A DNA stretch of 32,000 bases from Candidatus Electrothrix sp. GW3-4 (GTDB taxonomy: Bacteria; Desulfobacterota; Desulfobulbia; Desulfobulbales; Desulfobulbaceae), in NCBI RefSeq assembly GCF_037902255.1, contig NZ_CP147990.1, forward strand, positions 4,590,001-4,622,000. Direction: 5' to 3'. The notes beneath the pieces are model-generated. The model saw nothing but the letters and a program-made list of their open reading frames with translations, made no database searches and was not told where the DNA came from. Both the position numbers and the translations under genes were made by a program. Of this stretch, positions 1-5,861 are shown in pieces. How positions within the stretch are numbered: the first letter of the stretch is position 1; each line of letters opens with the position of its first letter.

Positions 1-413
1 AAGCGGTCGTTATGCCGGTTCAGGGTCAGTTTTGATTTTGCTGTCAGGGTGACCGGGTCCAGGTAGCCGATATAGGAGTTGCGCAGCTGTTCTGCCCGTT
101 TCTCGTTGATGTCCTCGGTTTTGGCAAGGTCATGGAGCAGGGAGATGGCTGCCAGTAGGATGATACTGATGGTGGTGATGCGTTGCTGACCGTCAATGAT
201 GTCAAAGCGTTTGCTGTCGGCAGATTGCAGGACCAGGTAGCCCATGTAATGGCTGGGTTCCTCATCGGTCGTGTGCAGGGCGAGGAAATCCTGCCAGAGG
301 TCGTCCCATTCGTCCGCTGACCAGGAGTAATCGCGCTGAAAGGCCGGTACCCGGTAGAGCAGACCGTTGCCCATGAGTTGGCGGAAGGTGTTGTTGGCGG
401 TGTTGAAGTTCAT
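1..413 (-). CDS. DUF262 (GmrSD N-terminal / ParB-like NTPase fold) domain protein; only the N-terminal ~137 aa are present and the gene continues past the left window edge
   Basis: Absent from the ORF track because it is open at the window edge. My own minus-strand translation from the ATG at 413..411 is stop-free down to position 1: MNFNTANNTFRQLMGNGLLYRVPAFQRDYSWSADEWDDLWQDF...SKRFDIIDGQQRITTISIILLA. The FQRxYxW and DGQQR(I)TT motifs are the DUF262 hallmark. Confidence 0.75.
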   Translation of the reverse strand, partial: MNFNTANNTFRQLMGNGLLYRVPAFQRDYSWSADEWDDLWQDFLALHTTDEEPSHYMGYLVLQSADSKRFDIIDGQQRITTISIILLAAISLLHDLAKTEDINEKRAEQLRNSYIGYLDPVTLTAKSKLTLNRHNDR

Positions 414-443
414 GGGTACGAGGTCGTCTACCAATTCGACGAA

Positions 444-2240
444 TTACCAGCTCGCCATTTTAAAGAGCCGACCTTGTTCGTTTTCATCGTGTAGGGTCAG
501 GATAATTTCCTGTTCGCCAAATACTTCTTTGTTTCTGTCGGATTTAGGCGGGAGATCTGAGTCAATCAGGGTAATAATGACCTGTATACCAAGATCGGAA
601 TATCGACGAATAACGTTGAGCAGGTTTTCCTTTTTACGGTTATCAAGGGACTCAAACACACCATCATGAAACACAAAATGCGGGAATTTTTTGTCAAGGT
701 AGGCGCGTAATACTGCAAGATCAAAGGCGGTACATAACAATTTTTTGTATGTTGTTCCTGAATCTGCACTGGTTGTGTTGCCGGATTCATCAAGGATTTC
801 ATCTTTAAACTCTAAATGTCCTTCGCGATTAAGAGCTACATTCAAAAGTGCCTTTCGATCAATAACCTCTTCAACAATTTCATTAAAAAAAAGTCGAATT
901 GAAGAAAATAAGCATGCTGGGTCTGAGTTTTGCCGCTCTACATCAAGCTCAATATCACTTTGTAAATGCTCAAGTTTTTCTTTTAGTCTCCGTAAACTAG
1001 TTCGCAATTCCTGTAGGCGACGCAAAGAGTCTCGTTGACGCTCCAGAGAGGACAGATCTGCTTTGAGCGTTATGAGTTCATTGGAGAATTTTTTGTATTT
1101 GTTAAATACATTTGTTTCATTTAAAAAAGAAAGTGTTTCTGACCGCTGCTTGCCCAACGTATCTAACTCGGCATTGACCTCTTTCAATCTGTCTTCAATT
1201 TCTCTCAGTTCCTCTTGTAGGTAGGCACAGCGTTCATCTGTTATGGCGCGATTGAATGCAATCAGCTGCTGAAAATCTTTTTTTATCTGTCCGGCAAAGA
1301 GAATACCTGACTCTTTAAACAGACGCTCTGCATCATCCGGGTGAAACAGTATCTGCTCTTCCTCTAACGAATCATTTATTTTTTTTTGATTTTTTTGCAA
1401 TGAATAGCACTCTGCATTAAGCGTAGCAATGCGCTCATCAATCATGTCCACTAACTGTTCGGTATGCTCTTTATCTTGAGAGCGAAAGTCGAATGCATCA
1501 AGAAATGCCTGTTTTTTTTCTAGTTCCTTCTGCTTGAGTAGAATCATTCCTTCAACTTTACTAATATCTTCAAGTGACCCACCGAATTCACTTTGGATAA
1601 TTTGTTCTTGTTTCTTTTTATCTTCTATCTGTTTTTCTTTTTCGTAATAAGAGGTGATCTGGTCAGCGTTAAATCCAGTAATATGGGCAAGAAAAGGTTT
1701 CCAGTCAGCGTGTTTCCCCATAAATTTACGCAATTGAAACACATCTCGATAGTCGTCCTGTGAGCGTAACTGATACCCTATACCTTTACGAAAAGTCCAC
1801 GGTTTCAGTGAACGCAAGTCAAGAAGGGCATCCAGAATGCTCAGTGACCTTTCAAAGGGTACATCATGATGGTCCCAGGCATCTTCTGCTAAGTTTACGA
1901 AGTTTTGTTGAGCTATTTCATGCTTTTTAAAACTAATCTTAGTTGCATTTTGTACGCCTCGACGAATCGTAATATACGAACCATCAAGTAGTTCCAGTTC
2001 AAGAAAAAAAATGAATTTTTGAAACTGTTCAAGGTGCTTGAAAAGGAAAAACTTTGGATTTCTCCTGGCAAGGAGGAGAAAATTAAGCAAATGTCCAAGG
2101 GTGGTTTTACCAAGATTATGGGTGTCTTTCTTCTTGTTCTCTGGAAGACGTATTTCTGCCAGAACAACATTGAGTCCAGATTCAAATAGAATTTCCTGGA
2201 AAAGGTTAGGATGGTTGGAATAGAGTTTAGACAGCTTCAT
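444..2240 (-). CDS. Coiled-coil ABC/SMC-like ATPase of an ABC-3C / Lamassu-type system (LmuB/DdmC position; resembles what I recall as the DUF2326 family)
   Basis: 598-aa ORF. The N-terminus MKLSKLYSNHPNLFQEILFESGLNVVLAEI...THNLGKTTL carries a Walker A (GKT). Residues ~200-460 are K/E/Q/L-rich and heptad-like, suggesting a coiled-coil insert. The C-terminus has a signature-like SADSGTTYKK and a Walker B/D-loop HFVFHDGVFESLD. The start overlaps the upstream gene by 14 nt. Confidence 0.8.
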   Translation of the reverse strand: MKLSKLYSNHPNLFQEILFESGLNVVLAEIRLPENKKKDTHNLGKTTLGHLLNFLLLARRNPKFFLFKHLEQFQKFIFFLELELLDGSYITIRRGVQNATKISFKKHEIAQQNFVNLAEDAWDHHDVPFERSLSILDALLDLRSLKPWTFRKGIGYQLRSQDDYRDVFQLRKFMGKHADWKPFLAHITGFNADQITSYYEKEKQIEDKKKQEQIIQSEFGGSLEDISKVEGMILLKQKELEKKQAFLDAFDFRSQDKEHTEQLVDMIDERIATLNAECYSLQKNQKKINDSLEEEQILFHPDDAERLFKESGILFAGQIKKDFQQLIAFNRAITDERCAYLQEELREIEDRLKEVNAELDTLGKQRSETLSFLNETNVFNKYKKFSNELITLKADLSSLERQRDSLRRLQELRTSLRRLKEKLEHLQSDIELDVERQNSDPACLFSSIRLFFNEIVEEVIDRKALLNVALNREGHLEFKDEILDESGNTTSADSGTTYKKLLCTAFDLAVLRAYLDKKFPHFVFHDGVFESLDNRKKENLLNVIRRYSDLGIQVIITLIDSDLPPKSDRNKEVFGEQEIILTLHDENEQGRLFKMASW

Positions 2241-2475
2241 CTGGGCCTACATATTCTATAACATCACTTTTAGAACGATACTCAACTAATCCTAATAGAT
2301 AGAGAAAGCTTAATGCGGGTAAGAACAAAACATCGCCACCAGTAATTTTCTCTTTGGTTTTTCTGCGGAGTTTACCATATTCTTCTATTCGATATTTTTT
2401 GAGATAATCCAGCAGCAATAATGAAACGTTAATCACAGTCCTGTCTGGATGAGAATGTTTAGTAGGTCTCAGCAT
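2227..2475 (-). CDS. Small middle component of the ABC-3C / Lamassu-type cassette (LmuC/DdmB position); function assigned by position only
   Basis: 82 aa from the ATG at 2475, which has GGAG 9 nt upstream. The ORF-track start is a GTG at 2496 with no SD. It overlaps the 3' end of the effector gene by 17 nt and the ATPase start by 14 nt. I recognise no catalytic motif; it is small and predicted helical. Confidence 0.55.
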   Translation of the reverse strand: MLRPTKHSHPDRTVINVSLLLLDYLKKYRIEEYGKLRRKTKEKITGGDVLFLPALSFLYLLGLVEYRSKSDVIEYVGPDEAV

Positions 2476-3418
2476 CTTCCAATTCTCCGATATCACAGTT
2501 CCAATACATATAAAACAGCATAGTACGGGTTAATCGCTTATGGCTTCTCAGAATTGGATCTCGATTAAACAACTGATCAACGAGATATTCCATTACCTGG
2601 TCGAATTCTTGGTAGTCTTTTCTTTTTGCGATTATTTTTAATTGAAATTCATCCGCAATAGATTCATACAATTCGAGAAGATCAATATTTTCAGGAGCTG
2701 CCAAGAAAATACGAATTTCTGCTGTTTCCTTCAGGTACTTTTTACGTTGAGCTTTAGCATATTCAACGCTCATTTGGTTTATTCTATTCTTCTCTTCATA
2801 GCTTATTCGTTGAATCGGTGGATCGTCAATGATATTTGGCAGTGTATTCTTTTGTCGGGCAAGTGCCTGGATAATATCAGATAGATCATCCGGGCTTACG
2901 ATTAACGGTGAATCAACAGGATCAAGATCCGCAAGTCTTGGCACATCCGGAAAGGTCTTGAGCCAGTTTTCAAGCTGCTCCAGTCCGCATAAGTAAATAG
3001 ATTCTTGCTTGATATTACATTGTGTCGAGATGTATTCTCTTATTTCGCTTTCTGCATTTCCCGCTAAGCGCCTATTAGAAAACAGCATATAATGATCAAG
3101 TTGCTTGTTTAAGCGGAGTTTCTTTATGCGGGGGATTTCTTTTGCAAGAACAGAGGTCATGCTCTTGACGCTGTAGAAGTTAGGCTCAGAAAAGTTACGG
3201 TTGTAACCGTTTGTATGCTTGGCCTGAATAATAGTGGTTCCAATCCAAGGAGCTGTTCGGCTTGGATGCAGTTCTGCCGTTCCGACAAATTTAGCATCTC
3301 GACCGCCATCAGGCCCTTTGGCAAATCCCTGCACAGAGATACCAAGTAAACGTTGACATAAGAATACGATTAACTGCTCAAATTGTTCGTCGTTGAGATC
3401 TTCGTATGCGTATTTCAT
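2459..3418 (-). CDS. Effector of the ABC-3C / Lamassu-type cassette: N-terminal Mrr-cat-like PD-(D/E)xK restriction-endonuclease domain plus an all-helical C-terminal adaptor domain (LmuA/DdmA position)
   Basis: 319-aa ORF. The N-terminal 70 aa contain GPDGGRDAKF ... TTIIQAKH, which matches the D...(Q/E)xK arrangement typical of Mrr catalytic domains (GxDGGxD ... vQxK). The C-terminal half is helical and ends ...RTMLFYMYWNCDIGELEDAETY. It is the first gene of three overlapping genes. Confidence 0.75.
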   Translation of the reverse strand: MKYAYEDLNDEQFEQLIVFLCQRLLGISVQGFAKGPDGGRDAKFVGTAELHPSRTAPWIGTTIIQAKHTNGYNRNFSEPNFYSVKSMTSVLAKEIPRIKKLRLNKQLDHYMLFSNRRLAGNAESEIREYISTQCNIKQESIYLCGLEQLENWLKTFPDVPRLADLDPVDSPLIVSPDDLSDIIQALARQKNTLPNIIDDPPIQRISYEEKNRINQMSVEYAKAQRKKYLKETAEIRIFLAAPENIDLLELYESIADEFQLKIIAKRKDYQEFDQVMEYLVDQLFNRDPILRSHKRLTRTMLFYMYWNCDIGELEDAETY

Positions 3419-3424
3419 GGTAGC

Positions 3425-3453
3425 AATCTATCCTATGAGTTCACTACTGTAAA
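3425..3453 (-). promoter_or_regulatory. Candidate sigma70 promoter for the three-gene cassette, positioned to give a leaderless transcript
   Basis: The minus strand reads TTTACA-N17-TAGATT. The -10 hexamer ends 6 nt before the effector ATG at 3418, and there is no SD upstream of that ATG. Hexamer matches are 5/6 and 4/6. Confidence 0.3.
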
Positions 3454-3520
3454 GTCTGCAAAAACAAAGGGGTCATAAATATCGACGTGGTTATTTATAC
3501 GAAGTTGGCAGGCTGATTTG

Positions 3521-4141
3521 TTAGCAGAATTCCGGCAACTGCAAAATCTCCATAAAGGTATCCACATGATGCGCCGCCTCAAGCTGGGGATTTTGAAAGG
3601 CGATCAGCTTCATCCCCACAGAGGCGCAATGATCGCGATCCACTGTGGAGTCCCCGATAAAGATGGCCTCCTCCACTGGCAGGCTGAAATGATCCAGGAT
3701 GATGTGCAGGGCGTCCGGGGCAGGCTTAGGTCGGGGTGAGTTGGAGGCCGTCATGACGATCTCAAAGCTGTCCCGCAGACCAAAGATGTCCAGGAGCATA
3801 TCCATGGTATTGGTCCGGTTGGTGGAGATGGCCCGGTTATACTTTGGGGTGATGGCCTGAAGGAATTGCTTGAGATCAGGGGTGATGGTCATGTGCTTAA
3901 GGAAAGAACTGTAATCAAGCTGCTGGCGGTACTTTTCCACCTCAGCCATATCAATATGCCTATGGTTACGGAAGATATGGCTTATAGAATCAAAGACGTT
4001 ATGGATATGAACATAGCCGAGCTCCTCCTCATTCATGGGCGGGCAGGCAAAGGCCTCCAGCATATGATTATAGTAGGCCCGATTTGCCTCGCGGGACTCG
4101 AACATAACACCGTCGCAATCAAAGATGACCAGTTTCAACAT
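3521..4141 (-). CDS. HAD-superfamily hydrolase (phosphatase-like)
   Basis: 206 aa. Carries the N-terminal HAD motif I, VIFDCDGVMFES (DxD), a later S/T motif (AISTNR), and a C-terminal GDSTVD (motif IV). Confidence 0.85.
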   Translation of the reverse strand: MLKLVIFDCDGVMFESREANRAYYNHMLEAFACPPMNEEELGYVHIHNVFDSISHIFRNHRHIDMAEVEKYRQQLDYSSFLKHMTITPDLKQFLQAITPKYNRAISTNRTNTMDMLLDIFGLRDSFEIVMTASNSPRPKPAPDALHIILDHFSLPVEEAIFIGDSTVDRDHCASVGMKLIAFQNPQLEAAHHVDTFMEILQLPEFC

Positions 4142-4243
4142 GGGGTATGTACCTTAAGGGGTGGAAAAAGAGGGAGGAAATCGTAGGGGCTAGCTAATCC
4201 CTGTGTTCGCCCTTTTATTCCGGGCAGGCACAGGGAGCTTCTC

Positions 4244-4936
4244 CTACTCTGAGCCGTAAATCTCACGATGCAGTTCACTGAAAAAAGTCTCCATAAAGGC
4301 ATGCCTCCGCTCGGCGATCTGGCGTCCCAGGGGGGTGAGCATCTGCTCCCGCACTCGGGACATCTTGACCTGAAACTCGCGGTAGGCCGTATCCTCAGTG
4401 GAGTAGGTTTTGGTATCTGCCGGATCAAGCTCTGCATTATGGAGTCGGGCCCCGATCTGACCGGCAAAGAGAAAGGCCCTGCCAATGCCGATGGCCCCGA
4501 TGGAGTCCAGCTTGTCCGCATCAAAGAGGATCTTGGCCTCGATGGTTTCCGGTGAGATGCTGCTGCGAAAACGATGGGCATGAATGCAATGGCAGATTGC
4601 TGCCCGGTCTGCTGCGGAATATCCGAGTTCCTGAAGAATCGGCTCTGCCATTGCTGCTCCCAGCTCCGCATGACAGACCTTGCCTTTGGTGCTGCTCTCC
4701 TGCTTGCGCCCAATATCGTGGAGCAGGGCAGCCGGGACAAGGATGTCCAGGCGGGCACCCATCTTGTTGCTTATGTTCATGGCCGTGTGCAGGACCCGCT
4801 CGCTGTGGTCCGGTCCGTGGGAACCGCCTTCTTCCAGGCAGTAGCGGGCGCTTATCTTATGCAGGGTCTCCAGTAATTCCGCTGCAACAGCTGGTTCTCC
4901 GGCGGCTTCCCGGCTTTCTTCTTCCTTACTCGCCAA
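4244..4936 (-). CDS. HD-domain metal-dependent phosphohydrolase
   Basis: 230 aa. Contains GPDHSERV ... LLHDIGR ... HCIHAHR ... FDADKLD, the classic H...HD...D pattern. Overlaps the upstream gene by 11 nt. Confidence 0.8.
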   Translation of the reverse strand: MASKEEESREAAGEPAVAAELLETLHKISARYCLEEGGSHGPDHSERVLHTAMNISNKMGARLDILVPAALLHDIGRKQESSTKGKVCHAELGAAMAEPILQELGYSAADRAAICHCIHAHRFRSSISPETIEAKILFDADKLDSIGAIGIGRAFLFAGQIGARLHNAELDPADTKTYSTEDTAYREFQVKMSRVREQMLTPLGRQIAERRHAFMETFFSELHREIYGSE

Positions 4937-5663
4937 AGTATTCCTGGATCAACCAACGAATGGCGATGAGGAGGAGGACATTATCGCTGGTCTCCATGGT
5001 CTGTTGTTCCATGGGCGAGAGGGGTTTGTTCAGCTTGATATCGCCGCTCTTGAGCTCCTGGCGGAAGGTGTCCAAATTATAGAGGGCCATGATGTACTGC
5101 TCAGCCTGCTCCTTGGTTGGGCGAAACCCTGCCCGAATCCTGGGATGTTGAAGGAGCTCCGTCATCTTGTCGTTATAGCGGTTATACTCTTCCAGGCCCT
5201 GGTCCTTGAAATACTCGGCAGCGGTGAATTCCCTGTCTGCCTCGAAACCGCGACAATGGGGCTCTTTCAACAAGACAAATTGTTCCTGGATGGTCCCGTC
5301 CTGCTGGCAGGAGACGCCCCGTCCCACGGGATAGGCCCGACAGGCCGCTGGCCGATCCTCATAGACCCGACAGCCATAGTCTTTGACAAAGACACAGCTG
5401 GCCTTGCCGTCATCAACCATGGTCAGATAGCAGCTCGGGAAGAGCATCCCCTCTTCCCATTCAATGATAACGAACTGCTCCAGAAATATGCCGGAATGGC
5501 GCTTGAGCTTGTTTTTCAGGCGCAGGACATCATAGGGGGTCAGGATCAGATCCAGCTGGTGGCAGCATTCGTTGAAACAGGGGACAGCGGGATGACAGGA
5601 AAAACAAAACGTTTCGTTTTCGCCCAGGGAGCTGCAATGTTGGGGAAGGTTATGGTCGTTCAT
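4926..5663 (-). CDS. YkgJ/UPF0153-type cysteine-cluster protein (putative Zn/Fe-S binding)
   Basis: 245 aa. The N-terminal cluster is FCFSCHPAVPCFNECC (CxxC...CxxxCC), with further Cys in the middle (SCVF, YGCRVY, AACRAY), as in the YkgJ/FliB-like family. Confidence 0.65.
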   Translation of the reverse strand: MNDHNLPQHCSSLGENETFCFSCHPAVPCFNECCHQLDLILTPYDVLRLKNKLKRHSGIFLEQFVIIEWEEGMLFPSCYLTMVDDGKASCVFVKDYGCRVYEDRPAACRAYPVGRGVSCQQDGTIQEQFVLLKEPHCRGFEADREFTAAEYFKDQGLEEYNRYNDKMTELLQHPRIRAGFRPTKEQAEQYIMALYNLDTFRQELKSGDIKLNKPLSPMEQQTMETSDNVLLLIAIRWLIQEYFGE

Positions 5664-5861
5664 ATTTTTTAAAAGGTGTTTGCTTTATATGAAAGTACCG
5701 GGTGACTCCCTGGGGGGGGCAACCATCTTTCATATTATGTTATCCCTCCCCGAGGGGGAGGGATGGATGTTATAGTGGGTAATCAGAAAATATCGCCGAA
5801 CTGATTATGGTAAACCGGCACGGCGTAGACGGTGTTCTCTCGAATTGGGGATAGCTTACAC

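Noticed and set aside
367-669. 100-aa plus-strand ORF spanning the DUF262/ATPase junction
   Set aside because: It is antisense to two motif-supported minus-strand genes.
4135-5672. Several 95-222-aa ORFs (4135..4758 -, 4268..4555 +, 4552..5082 +, 4574..4876 +, 5004..5672 +)
   Set aside because: They are alternative-frame or antisense ORFs overlapping the HD-domain and YkgJ-type genes, which have clear motifs. Their R/P/G/S-rich composition is typical of off-frame translation.
5742-5764. GC-rich perfect hairpin considered as the bamA intrinsic terminator
   Set aside because: No U/T-tract follows it on either strand, so it does not meet the canonical rho-independent terminator pattern. It is kept only as an unexplained structural element in the findings.
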